From assembly GCA_001949185.1 (NCBI GenBank), contig BDGG01000001.1, positions 8,279,220 through 8,343,066 of the forward strand: a stretch of DNA of 63,847 nucleotides. The letters run 5' to 3'. Both the position numbers and the translations under genes were made by a program. Under the pieces are notes generated by a model. That model made no database searches. It was given only the letters and a program-made list of their open reading frames with translations, and had not been told where the DNA came from. This DNA is from Ramazzottius varieornatus. Taxonomy: Eukaryota; Animalia; Tardigrada. Numbering within the stretch: the stretch's first letter is position 1; every line of letters begins with the position of its first letter. Positions 26,923-39,828 of the stretch are shown one piece after another.

Positions 26923-28172
26923 ATGAAATTGGCAAGTGGAATATTCTTGGTGATTCTGCCGTGCATCTCGGCAGCACTCGAGCTATCAATCAGCAAAGAG
27001 AATGAAGGCCGACATGGAGGACAGAATCTGACACTGGCCGCCCTTCAAGCCTCCGCAGCCGCCATGGAAAACCTCACCTCGACTCAACATGGAGCCAACA
27101 ATATGACCTTACTTACACCTTCTCTCGCTGCCTTGTCGACTCTGGAAGCCTTGTTAGCCTCGACCGTCTTGAGAAAGAGCAACAACAGTAACGTCCAAGG
27201 CCTCTTGGTATCCGCCTCGCAGTTCTTAGCCAACCGAACGGGGCGGGCGTATGATGGTATTTTTGGTGATCGACACGGTAAGGACTATTACTCGTCCAAT
27301 GCCGGCTGGGGATACAAGGCCTATGACTATAATTCAGGCGCCTACGGAAAGTACGGCGGCAACTCCGACTTGGGAATCAGCTACGACGATTCGTACGGTA
27401 GAGGACGAGGTGGTGGTTATGGCGGTCAGAGTTATGGTCCATCAGGGCACGGTGGGGGATACGGTGGATTTTATGGACAGAAGTCCTATGGTGGAGACTA
27501 TGGTGGAGGTTATGGCGGCGGGGCAGGTTTCGGTAGCGGTGGTTACGGAGGTGGCGGTTATGGGGGTGGTGGTTACGGAGGTGGCGGTTACGGGGGTGGC
27601 GGTTACGGAGGTGGCGGTTATGGAGGTGGCGGTGGTGGTTACGGTGGTGGCTATCAGCGACCCCGTCCTCTCCCTGTCCCGGTTCCAGTTGACGATGGCA
27701 CAGATGATGTAAGTGTGTTTCTTGGGTCCTCTAACGCTAACATAGTTCCACATGACCATCGCTGATGTTATGACGCATTTCATTTTTAGGCCCTGGCACT
27801 CATTCTACTTTTGAGGCTGCTTGAGGATCGTCGCGACGACGTAAGCATGAGACTATAAGCCAAGCATTCAGTCTGAAAAGTCCTTGTTATAAATTATCGT
27901 CTTGTTTTGAATTTCAGGACGAGCGGCAAAAAGTTTTTGTGCAGATGGCTGCCCCAGCTCCGGCGCCGGCACCTGCTCAAGGTGGTTTAGGCGGTCTGCT
28001 AAAAATTGGACTGGGGGTATGTGAGCGCTAATTTACAAACTCGTATCATTAAGACCCTCTTTCCGCAACCTGTCTAAAGTCTTTCAGAATTTGATACGTC
28101 GTATTGATTTTATGCTTTTCTGTACAGATTGCACCGCTGCTCGCTGGCATGCTGGGGACTCGGACTATGTAG
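26923..28172 (+). CDS. Secreted Gly/Tyr-rich structural protein (GGGGY repeats), about 4 coding exons
   Basis: Signal peptide MKLASGIFLVILPCISA, tandem GGGGY repeats, spliced tail ALALILLLRLLEDRRDD / DERQKVFVQMAAPAPAP / IAPLLAGMLGTRTM*. Confidence 0.75.
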
Positions 28173-28649
28173 GAACGTTCCTAACTTGGGCTCATCTCGA
28201 CTGGGGGAATACTTTGTTGTATTTAGATTGACGTAGTAAGCTTACAGCGGGAAATTGACTAAAGACTTGCGATGTAAAACTCCGCATGTCTCTGTTCCAC
28301 ATGTAGAGTTTTTTGTTTCACGAGAAGCTGAAAGTCCCTCAGTAAAGCAACTGATCTCACACTCCGGGTTCGCGCCCCAACAACTGCAATTATCGAGTGA
28401 TTCACCGGTAGACTTTAATTGTTCGGTCACGCTGGACAGATTTATTCGGTTAACGCCGCAATTACCCTGATCATTCTGATTTCAGCACAAGAACCTCGAC
28501 AGTATCACTTCTCTATAACTGATGCAAGACTCAAACAAAAACACCAAAACCAGTCTTGGGTTTTTTACCTGACAGGAGAATTCAATCTGTCGACAAGCGT
28601 TTTTTTTCTGGTTTCTGCACTGGTCTTTTTCCATAACCGGTATTAAAGG

Positions 28650-30000
28650 ATGAATCTTTATAGAAGCTGGCTACGTTTTTCCTGTGTATATATTTTTCAA
28701 ATACATTTTCAGCTGATAATACAGACTTATTTTTCAAGCCTGATATTTGTCCCCCATGTCGAGGCCAGGAGCGGACCTTTAAGCGATCCTGACGACTACG
28801 GCATCGTTACATCTGCACCAGCCGTAAAGACCACCACAGAAGCCAACATGACCGCTGTAGCCAGCAAGTTCCGTGACGCCTTCAGCCGAAATCGCGGCGC
28901 CCGCAGAGAGGAGGTTCTCTCCGCCCTCGAGTCCGGCTTCAAGCCCGTCAAGCTCTCCCTAAAACGTGACCCTCGCGCGGAGGAAGTCACGTTCGGAGAC
29001 GGCTACAACCTGGGCTACGTTCCTGCCGCCGGCGAGAAGGGAACTTTTATAGCCAGCACGGGTTCTAGCGGGACCTCGAAGGTACTGTCGGTGTCAGCCA
29101 GTAGTAAGGACTCGGCTCCGCTGTCGGCTGTTTCCGCCTTCGACGAACTGGATGGTCAACCCAGCGATTCGGGCTATAATCAGAACGGCGTGGACAGTGG
29201 ATGGTCCAAAGTCAACTATAAAGGGTCGGTTTACTTTTGCGCTTCCGCAGATCAAAAATTTCGAGCGTAGAATCGTAAACTCTCAGTAAACACAATTAAA
29301 TGTAAAAGTTAGCGAAACCTTACCGGAAGATTCAGAAACTTTCTCCAATCAGGAAGCCGGCAAGCACTTTCGCTCTGGATGGTCGTTATTTCAAGTGGCG
29401 CATTTTTTCTGTGGTCTTGGCTAAAAACGTGCGCCCCTTGAGAGGGCGATCATCCTGAGCTAGTTTTCCGGCCTTATAATTTTGTTGTGACAAATTTCAT
29501 CGTTCGTATTTCAGGTCTTCGGGGAAATATGCCAAAGCGGGGTATACAGCAGCGGCTTCCACTTATGGGGATAGCTACGGTGGGTGGGGAGGCGATAGTT
29601 ACGGGGGCCGTGGTGGTTATGGTGGCGGAAGTTACGGCGGCGATGATTCCTATGGAGGAGGTCCTTCGTATGGCGGATGGGGCGGTGATGGACAAGACAA
29701 CACGGTCAGTGGTCAAACTGGTTACTCTTCAGTGGTCATGTCACAACAGAACTAGATGTTTTATTCAGATTCATGTTGATTATCTAGTTGGTGTACGCGT
29801 TGGCCATCAAGCTGAAGCAGCTTCGAGAGGATTACGACTACGATATCGCGGTACAAGCGAATTTATGATTCAAAAGAATCATCAATGTTAGCGATTATGA
29901 TTACGATTATGATTGATCTCTGTTGCAGGCAAGAGATGCGTATATTGCAAGTATGAATTCTGGCGGTTCGAGAAGGGGAGGAGGACTTTTCGGACGATAA
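28650..30000 (+). CDS. Second putative secreted Gly/Tyr-rich protein
   Basis: Open exon to ~29225, exon 29515-29704 with YGG-rich repeats, short exons LVYALAIKLKQLREDYDYDIA and ARDAYIAS...GLFGR*. Confidence 0.6.
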
Positions 30001-30725
30001 TGGACCACTGTGAATTTTTCCCTTTTGTTTCAAGTCTCAACGGTCTGTTGTCGAACGAATCTTGCTTGTCTTCAGTCTTCCGTCTGTATAAGGTGTCGAA
30101 TTTTGCTGAAGGATTGTTAAGCATAAATTGTCTGCCTCTCAACGAGTCTCAAGAACTCCAAGAACCGGAAGGATATTTGTGTTGTTGAGGGCACGCGATT
30201 CTTTCTGACCACCGCCATCTGTGGGTGCACTTCTGCAAAGATTTTCAAAATGGTCGCTCCCCGCTCTGACTGGTCACAATCCACCGTAAGAGGCGGAGTT
30301 GAGTCGGAAGGCGTGGTTAATAATGAGAACGTAAGGTTGAAGTCAAGCGCATGCGTGTCAATCAATGCGAGCAGGCATGTGCCCTCAGTGACGTCATGGC
30401 GTGGCTTCCTGCTTGATTGCACAAGTAGGATTCCACGTGCGCTTGCGTAATTAATTAAACCGGATATAAATTAAATCCGTTCTCTGCGCTGATCTAATTC
30501 TGCCATTTCCCTCGTTTTTACCCGTACCCTCCTGGTCCTGGACTTTCTCTGATCCCACAGTTGCTACGGAAGAAACGTCGATCTTCCCTCAACTTTACAG
30601 AGGTCTCGTTGTTGAAGTCTGTTCCTAGAAGTTCCGTTTGTCCCCCAATTGTGCCTCCGTTGTTCCGTTCGTGTCGCGCTTGTTTTCCTTCAGCCTCCTC
30701 CTTCCTTTTCCTCACAGTTTTCAGG

Positions 30726-32345
30726 ATGGCCGATGTTGCTCTGGACGATTACATCAAGACGAAGCACATTACCCGCAGTGGAAAGGGGCCTCGTGGTGCT
30801 GCTCGAGGTGGTGCCCGTGGTGGAAGAGGAGCGTCGTCACGAGGTGGTAGCCGTGGGGGACGTTTCGGTGGCGGTATCGCCAAATCGCCTGTCCAACGTC
30901 GCAGTGGTGGCCTACCAAATGTAATGACGAGCTCTGTTTATCCTTGATGTTTCCCCGTGATGATGATGACGATACAAGCCAGAGAATGAGAAGGAATGGT
31001 GGGACTGACTGGGATTGTTTTTCTCTTCCATCCAGCTTCGTACTGCCAGTGCAGGAGGATCGGGTCAAGGCCGATGGCAACACGATCTCTTTGGGGCTTC
31101 GCCTGTTGGAGCCATGGGAGGACTACGATCACGAGGAGGATTTTCCGGAGGAGCCAAGCTGATGGTGTCAAATCTCGACTATGGAGTATCAGACAACGAT
31201 CTTCGGGTAAGTGACCGCAAGTCCCAGAAAATTACCCAGAACTGCCTATTCAAGCTAATCAATTGAATCATTCTCATAACGTCACTACTTGGCCATGTGA
31301 TTCGACCGCTCTGCCCACCATGTGGTGTGAGTTTAGATGGGTGTGGTGTGCCGTAGGGTAGAGATCAGTTGTTTGCCTGGTGACGTCAAAGCTGATAAGT
31401 GACCAGGCTTGGCACGGACTCGTACAGTCGGGCACGGCCTTGCTCCTGACGGCAGGCTACAGCGGATTCCAAAGCTGCTTGCTTTGGAAGCCTTCCTGAA
31501 ACCTGCTAGACCATAGAGAAATCTTACCAAAGGTCTTGGGTGACCACTCTGCTCCTTTAAGTAGATTTTCTGACATATCTTCTCCTTTCAGGATCTGTTT
31601 GGAGAACTGGGAACATTGAGAAAGGCTTCCATCCACTACGACCTGTCCGGACGCTCTCTTGGAACCGCTGAAATCGTCTACCAAAGCAACAGCGATGCCC
31701 TCCAAGCCCTTAAACGCTACAATGGCGTACCGCTTGATGGTATGTTGCTTTCTTGTCTCATTACTTTAGAGCTTGACGGGTTCAACGGTCGATTTTCTTC
31801 GCAGGTCAAGCCATGGAGATTCAGCTGGTCGCTCCAGGAATGGGCGCTGCGATGGCCATGGGAATGGGAGCTCCTGGAGGCCTTAATCTTCCTCGCCGAG
31901 GCATGGGCCGAGGTGCAGGAATGAGATCGGCTGGCGTGGGAGGACGGCTTGGTGGTCGCGGAGGAGCTCGGTAAGGAATATCTCGTTTAAACGCTGGTCA
32001 CGGCCTTTTATGTGCGGCACGGCCTTGTTCAGCCAAACTTCAAACTTCCTGATGGCCTCTTGGCTTTCCTGTGGAACTTTCATCTAATCGTTGTTTGGCT
32101 TTGTAGTGGTGGAGCTTCTGGTGCAGGGAGAGGAGGGCGGGGTGGTCAACGCGGTGGCGGCAGAGGGGCTCGTGGTGGTGCGGCTGGCAAACGGACTGCC
32201 AAGCCGGAGGTCACTCAGGAACAGCTCGATATGGAGCTGGACGCTTATCAAACCACCACAGCTTGTAAGTTACTCTGTTCTTCTCTGTGGATTCTCTGTT
32301 CTCCTCTCTGGTGCATTAACGAACTTGTTTTGTACTTTTGTAGGA
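30726..32345 (+). CDS. ALYREF: Aly/REF mRNA export adaptor (THOC4)
   Basis: N-terminal DVALDDYIK, RGG boxes, WQHDLF, RRM (KLMVSNLDYGVSDNDL-DLFGELG..RKASIHYD.SGRSLGTAEI..ALKRYNGVPLDG), C-terminal QEQLDMELDAY. Confidence 0.95.
31305..31429 (+). ncRNA. Candidate intronic box H/ACA sno/scaRNA in ALYREF
   Basis: Hairpin 1 (CTCTGCCC...GGGTAGAG, TGAG in the apical part), ANANNA H box AGATCA at 31362-31367, hairpin 2 (GCCTGGT...ACCAGGC), ACA at 31424-31426. The upper stems end 14 and 15 nt from the boxes. Confidence 0.55.
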
Positions 32346-32999
32346 GCACAGCGTCTCGAGCGAAGTCCCTGCATCGCACCACATTGAGTTTGCGGCGTTA
32401 CTAAACCGTGTATTTTTCCGTATGATACGATAAGACGCGCAGCAGAGTCCCTCGAAAGCAGCTCTCCTATACTTTTATCGTTTCTACCGTTATCTACTCA
32501 CCAAGTCACTCTTTTCTTCGGCGGACGAGCAGACCTTTGTTTTGTTGTGAGCTTCTTACATTTTCTTGAGTTTTTGTACATTGTAGTAAATTAGAAAGTG
32601 GACGAAGATGAACTGATGCATGTGTTGTTTGTTGCAGTTGGGGATGTTGGTGGCTGAACGGAGTTTCCGGATAGCCTGATAGACCACATCGTAGCTGTGT
32701 ACACAGTAAAGAAGCCTGTGAAGAGTGGAAAGTGACGTGAGACGGAAGTATGGGGAGGAAAATCCGAAAGTGGGAAGTGAGGCTGACGAATGGCGATGTT
32801 AACACACTGCCTTTCTTCGCGGCACCTGTTGACTTCGACCGAAGTGTTCCCAACAGATGAAGTGGAGAAAGTCGGCCTAGCAACGTCTGGGGGTGGTGTT
32901 TCAATCAAGCAACATGTCCTGTAGCGGGAAAGTCTGTCGAGTCACAATAATCGCCTGTAGTTTCCCTGAAGTTGGGTCGGCGGATGTTATGATAGGAAG

Positions 33000-34169
33000 A
33001 TGGACGAGAAGGAAGGCGAATCTGCCCTGGATGAGCTCAATCCAGATCCAGTCACGACCTCAGTACTAATAAAGTATGGCAGTAAGTTCTTCTGCAGTAT
33101 TTGACAGTAGGGCAACCGGAAGTTGGGTCAGCTTGCACGTGTTCGTTGCAGATGGTAAAAGTCTGGCAGTTAATCCGAATTCTGGTCTAGCTGGAGTGAT
33201 GGATTGTCTTCGGACTGCCATAAAGGAGACAGGTATGATGTATATCTCAGTTTTGATTTCTCCATACAGGGGACGTAGGCAAACAAACCCGACGAGTGTT
33301 TTCCCAAGTGGCGCATGCTTCCAGCCAATGAAACTGGAAACGTGCGCCACTTGGGAAATTGGACAGGAACGTTAGACGTTATTTCCAAATGGCACACGTC
33401 ATATGGGAGAACGATTCTGCCGAGTTTGTTCACCGAGTTTCCACATTTCTGGATGTCAAGAATACAGCGGAGATGAACCTGAAGGGTTGACTTTCAGGCG
33501 TATTAGACAAGGACCATTTAGAACTGTGTGATGAGTACGGAAAGCTAGTGAACCCGTCTGACTTTCCTCCCCTGATGATGCTCTCTTCCTTCTTGAGGCC
33601 GACTGTGACGGATGCCTTCTTCGTTCCCTTTCGAGTTGAGCGTGAGATGGACGACAATGCTTTTATCTGAGTATAACTCTGTGGTCGTCCGTGTTTGAAT
33701 GGGAAGATGTGTTAGGCGATGCGGGGAAGCAGATTCTTCGAGTTGAGCCTCTACTGAATGATGTCGAAAAGAACGAGCCTGAGATGATGCAAAGGCTGAG
33801 GAAGGAGAACCGCATCCCCCGAGAACGCAAGGGTGGAAACTTTGCGCAGAAGGATGACGGTAAGGACGATTTGGGCAGATGGGAGCTTTGCGGACAAACA
33901 CGGCAAAATTGTTTTTCCCGAGGTGGCGCACGGTTTCAGTGTTACTGACCTAGACCGTGCGCCGGTTGGAAGAACGATGCTGTCGCGTTTGCTTGCCGAG
34001 CTCCCCGATGTCTAGAAGACCTCACAAGTATCACCGAATCCTTCTGCTCGTTTTCGCAGGTCTTGGTACTCGACAGAATGGTCAGGAAGGTGAGCCACTG
34101 GCTCGGGGTGCTTCGGCAGCCAAGAGGAACGTTGGCAAGGTAGTGGCATCCAAATCTGGACAGAGATGA
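33000..34169 (+). CDS. C22orf15/CXorf65-like protein (5 exons; not visible as a single ORF)
   Basis: Manual splice gives MDEKEG...VLIKYG-NGKSLAVNPNSGLAGVMDCLRTAIKET-GVLDKDHLELCDEYGKLVN...VPFRVE-R..RVEPLLNDVEKNEPEMMQRLRKE, which resembles the family pattern; AATAAA at 34302. Confidence 0.65.
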
Positions 34170-34865
34170 GAACGTAGTCAACGTAAGATATTCGCTTCGA
34201 TCTTCGTTCGCTTATGACCTGTCTGTTATTGTAACTTCTTTTGGAGCACTGTTTGGTACGAGTAACAAACGTCTGTACACGTATGTAAATGAGAAGAACT
34301 GAATAAAGACTGGGAGGAAGTTGCTTTTGTTCTATGCAATCATAATGGTTCGTCCGTCAGAGGAACTCAGTACGTGCTAAGGGTGACGAAGCTTCCGCAA
34401 CTGACCAAGGTTTCGATCAACAACTAGCGACACTGTCTGAGTACAGAGAAATGGCGCGGGCAGTTAAATGTCCTGACAGTCGACAAGTAGGAGTGAGGAA
34501 ACCCAGGGAGGGTTCTGTCGTAACAAGGGAAATATGATGACGAGCGAACCGTCAAAGACACCAAGACAGTCTGGCGCATCACAACGTGAAGTACGTGTAC
34601 ACTAGATCCAACAAAGTGCGCGGCAGAGAATAGTAGAACGGTCTTAATTCATACTTCGAGTTATCCGAAACACCATTCTACCGCATAAATGGGTATCCCA
34701 CACATCATCGACACGTACACACACAGGCTAGTGACTGACATAGCTACAACACTCATCCAGAAAGGGGTATTACATCCGGTTCAAAGGAAAACTTCCGCGT
34801 ACAGTGCACCAAGATGAAAGAAAATCGACAGACTTGTAAAACTGAAGGGGAAACACAAGGAAGGA

Positions 34866-35659
34866 TCAGTGTCCCTTGTATCCATAGCCAGGCTTGTATC
34901 CTAAAAGATGACGGCGTCCAACGACTTCGCCCACGAAAAACCAGCACATCACTTCGACAGTCACGAGCGTGTTCAGCCACGCCTCCTGAAATAGACCAAA
35001 CAAGTTACGTCATGGGAGCCCGGTGAATCAACTTGACAAGATTGTTTTCCCAAGCGACCGAGTGTTGGTCGCTCTTGGTATGCAGAAATAATGAGGGGGA
35101 TACCTGGAAACTCGGCAATAAAACTCGATGAGGCCGTCTTTGAAGTGGCGCATGGTGCCGAAGTAACTAGCAACGAGCGTGCGCCGCTTGACGAGATTTT
35201 TGCCAAGTGGCGCCCGCCTTCGGTGCTATAGCTGGAAGGGTGCGCCACTCGGAGAATCGATCTGGTCGAGTTTGTCTGCCGAACTTCCAGCCTTTTTCCA
35301 CCACTATTTCTGCATTTCGAAGACCGGCCGACACTCAGCCCGAACTTCGACCACCACATCTTTGAAGGTTACCTTAACGGTTAGATGCCTCCATGGTTGA
35401 CGTCCCCATCTCGTGGCAATGCTCATCAAGCCAGCGATGCCTTTGGGGATTTCGGCCGGGGTTGGTGGACGTAGCTCGCTCTTTGCGTACTTCCATGCGG
35501 TGTTCAGACCTGGTCTAGCAGCTACCATGGCTTCTGCAAAGAGCAAACAATACGGTAACATGGCTGGATACCAGCAGAGCAGAAGGAAAGCTGGGATCCA
35601 TGAAGATCACACTTCTCACCTTGCGCCATGGCAGGTATTCTGGCGAACATCCTGGCCAT
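34866..35659 (-). CDS. ATP5MG: Mitochondrial ATP synthase subunit g
   Basis: WKYAKSELRPPTPAEIP...WRHLTVK-EAWLNTLVTVEVMCWFFVGEVVGRRHLLGY. Confidence 0.95.
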
Positions 35660-36220
35660 CGTGAATACTCAGCTCAGCCAACAGCTCCAAGGATAACAGT
35701 ACAAGGTTATGACGCGCCAGCAAGAGTGTCAAGAAGAAGTTCGGGACGATGGAAAGGAGGAGATGATTCCAAGGAGGGGGAAAGAACATTTCAAACAGCT
35801 GACGCCTTTTCGCATGTAGAGGTACCTTGTCTTGCCATACAACCGAACTACAAGACCACGTGGAAGTTTGTACGTATTACCAGAGGAGAGCACACGTGAT
35901 CCGTGGTCACCAGACGGCTGTCAGGCCGCAGGGTTCAGCCGGATCGGCAGCCATCAGCCTCATGATGGCCCGCATCAGTCGAAGTCGGTTGATTGAGACC
36001 GGAAGTTGATTCGGGATTAGTTTACGTTTTCTGTTTGGCTTTTCTTCTGATCTTCTTGGGGCTTCTTCCATAAATTTCCCTGGTCTCTTAACTCTCATTC
36101 TGGTTTCTTCATTCGTCAGACATCAACGTCTTACTGCTGTAGCTTCGTCAGCTCAAACTCCTGGAAGACTGTGCATCGTAGCTGGCCGCGGCTCGAGTTA
36201 GGGAGTACTCGTCAGTCATC

Positions 36221-37699
36221 ATGGCGAGGACATGCTTACAATGCGCCACCAAAGGTACGTTCCTGGTTTTATCAGCACAACTTGTTGGACACATGCGTGA
36301 ATTGCTGTTCTAGTATCGAGGAGGATGCATGATTTCCTGGCAGTCATGTCAGCGTATCGCACAGTGCAGGTAGCGGGACTGAAGGATTACAGGCCACCGA
36401 ATACTTACACAGGTATCGACCGCAGTCAGAACACGGTTTCTCGGTTACTTGGTTAATTTTCCTGCAGAAATACCGTCATCGACATGAGGTGCGAATGTTA
36501 AATGACGATGTTTTGCAGATGTGGATTTCCCACCGGCGGACCTAACGAGAGACAACAAGCTGAAGGGTACGATGAAAGTTCCGCTGCCACCGCCCAACAT
36601 GAAGTCTCCGCGCTTCAACCGAGGCCTGGATCTCATGCGTGGTCCCGAAGAAATTCACAATACCTTCACCCACAAGCAATTTGGTATCGTGGTAAGTCAG
36701 ATTGAAGATTCCGGAACCGTAATCTCGATAGACGGAAGAAACTGCTTTAACTCGTAATGCGAGTGAAGGAAATGATCCCCTTTCTCGAACCTGCATACCT
36801 CGAACCATGTTTTGTGCGGTATGCTGATGTATGTAGGTCCGGAAGATGGTTGATGTTTTCACGAACCTGCATACAACAGACCGCGCACTCCACGTGGAAC
36901 TTGTGGATGCAGGTGTTTGAACATGTTGAGTGCGTTCGAACTGGACCGATGTACACATTCTTCTTCTTGTAGGCTCTCCAAGGAGGAAGACTAAGGCATG
37001 GCCATTTCGAGATGATTCGCCAAACTATCAACCGGAACTTGGACGCCAGTCGAATGTTCGCCATCTGGCGTGTGGATCCTCCGTGGTTTTCCGTCACGAA
37101 GAAGGGCCAGGGAACCCGCATGGGTGGCGGAAAAGGTCCCGTTAATCACTACGTAACACCCATCAAAGAAGGTCGGGTCATCATCGAAGTCGGTGGAAGA
37201 CTACAGTATGAAGAAATCCGACGTTGTCTCGAAGACGTACGTTTTCCATGCATGTAAATTCAAGAGCTTCGCAAACAAACTCGGCAAGATTGCGTTTCCA
37301 GGTGGCGCACTTTCTCAGTCTTTTCGGCTGAGAGTGTGGGCCACTTGGAAAACGAGCGGATCAAGCGTGAGTGTTTTCCCAGGTTGCCACTGTTATTCGC
37401 TGAAGTTCTGCGCCACTTGGGAAAATATTCGTGTCGAGTTCGCTGGTTCAATTTTCAGTTGTCAGTACTTCACTGCATGTGTTTCACCATTTCTTCTTTG
37501 GCAGGTGGCCGCTAAACTTCCGGTTAAAGCCATTGCGACGACGCACAAGCAGATGGAACACGATAGACAGGAGGAGCAAAGACGAGAGCAGTTGAACTTG
37601 AACCCTTTCAGCACTGAATATGTCTTGAAGAATAACATGGTCGGTTGCAACAAGTGGACCAGTCCTTACGATTATTTATGGTTTGGCAAATACAAATAA
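36221..37699 (+). CDS. MRPL16: Mitochondrial ribosomal protein L16
   Basis: LMRGPEEIHNTF.HKQFGIV-ALQGGRL, FAIWRVDPPW..VTKKGQGTRMGGGKG.V.HYVTPIK.GRVIIEVGG, SPYDYLWFGKY. Confidence 0.95.
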
Positions 37700-37876
37700 A
37701 ATTATTCCCTTTACGGCTGCTCACATCGTGGCTCATCGTAGCTCTTATTGTTATCACTCATTCCCGTTTTGTGTTTCTCCTTAAAGAAAACTAGAAAAAA
37801 TAGTAAATTTGTAAATTTGAAGAAACTGGACAGAAAAAATCGAAATGTGGAAAGCAACACCGACTACGGATTGCCC

Positions 37877-39828
37877 TTATGACATTCCGAAGGGATCGAC
37901 GTACTGGAACGTATCCTCGTTTTTCAACTGGATATCACAGGAAAGACACCTGTGAAAAACAAACGAAGCGTTTTCAAGTCAGGTTTTTCCAACACAAAAC
38001 AAGATGTTAGAATTTTGTACTTACGGTTGGTCGGCTGAAATGTTCAGGATGTCTTCGAGTTCGACCAGGTACTTAACCGGTTTGATTTCGCGGTTCCCAC
38101 TCAGGAACTCTGTCACCAAGATATCTTCCGGCTTTCGCTCTAGCAAGTCCCAGCGATGACCCGGCGTCGATATACAGGTTTCTTGGGGGCAAACCTTGAA
38201 CTGAATAGTCGACGGTTAATTAATGTGATTTCTCAGTGGTAGTTTTTGAGAATATTTCGAATTTCTACCAAGTCTTTCAAAGTCTTTTTGCTGGTCTGTG
38301 TGATTCGTTCCAGAAATTCGAGCGCGTAGTACGTGTAGCGATCGATGACGTACACTCCGATGGCGGTATCGTGGTGATGCTGCAACAAGAAGAAAGCTGG
38401 TTAAGATTCTTTAGGGGCTTGGCAAGCAAAACGACAAGACTGTTTTCTCAAGTGGTGCACGTCTTCGGTGTTACTGGCTAAACTCGTGCGCCACTTTAGA
38501 AAGACGATCCTGTCGACTTCTCCTGGAAGCTTTAAGGCAAGGAGAGCGGACACCGACGAACCGAGAAGGAGTCTTGGCCAACTTGGCTGCTGGCAATACT
38601 GACAATGTTGGGCGAATAATGCTTCTTGTACATGCTAGCGGCCTGACAAGTGTCGATCATGAACAAGATTTGGTTATAACGCTTCTTCTCCCACATTTGC
38701 TGGAAGGCGTCGGCCAGCTCGATGTCGGAGATCTCTTCGTTGTCTTGAAACTTCAAGAACCCATCTCCTCCGTGACCTACGGGTGAAAACGAAACCTTGA
38801 CACACAATTACACAAGCTCGCCAAGATCGATTTCCAAAGTGGCGCACGCGTCCGGCCATTAACGCTGATAACCCGCGCCACGGGGGAAACACCGCAAACG
38901 TGCGCCACTTGGGAACAACAACTTGTCAAGTATGTTTACCGGATCCTCAAATCCTTCTGCGCAGTCAAACCAGAAGGGTTGTGAGTTCAAAGATGACAGG
39001 AGAGTACATACCGGTCATATAGATGAAAATATTGCTGCCATCATCTGTTAATAGCTGTTTGCTTCGTGGAGTTCCTGGCGGAAGTCTTCCCGTCAACAGC
39101 CGAATAAAATTCTCAACTGTCACCTAAATTCGGATAAGAATCAAGAAAACCATACAAAGCACAGAATCAGATCTTAAGTGCAGGAAGAAGAAAAGTACGG
39201 TACTTCGTAGCCTCGATAATCGACCTCGACGTCGTCTCCGTAAACGTTGATGTGTTGATGGGCGTTATTGAATACCGCTCCTACAAGATTCAAAAAAAGA
39301 TTCGAAACCAGGTTCAGTTAAAACGTGTACGGAACTGAGAATAGTAGAAGGTTGTTCTGTCACCTGGCCGCGGATTTCTGGGGTTGCACGGCATGTCATC
39401 CGCCAGCATGAGGATAATTTGGCTGTCGGGAATGCCCAGTCGCTTGACACTACGGTACATGGACAAGGCGTTGGCCACGTGCCGATAGTTGAACCAAAAG
39501 CGGGAGGTGCAGACGATCACCACCCAGTTGTTCGTATGATGTGAGGTAGTCTTCTGGCCGTTGTTAGATGTTGACTGTGCAACCACCGGAAGCCAGGACA
39601 GAATGATGGCGCAAAACAGAGCAACCTAAAACAAGACCAAATAGTCATAAGCAAGTTACTTCAATCGAGTCGGCGCATGACGTCATAAACAACATAGAAC
39701 GCCACGACACCAATACGGCTAAATGGGGAAAATGCGCTAACGTCAAAAGTGAGTTAACGAATTTTCACCATGATAATTGTGGTGCAGATATTTTTGATGT
39801 CCAGTCGTGGGGAGGTTTCTGGAGCCAT
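37877..39828 (-). CDS. PIGK: GPI-anchor transamidase catalytic subunit (GPI8)
   Basis: [80 protein letters not shown]. Confidence 0.96.

Noticed and set aside
27251-27783. Overlapping Val-rich and Thr-rich ORFs
   Set aside because: Alternative frames of the GGY codon repeat
31207-31591. Intron-embedded RNase P/MRP or telomerase RNA
   Set aside because: No properly spaced CR-I/CR-V P4 elements and no telomeric template were seen
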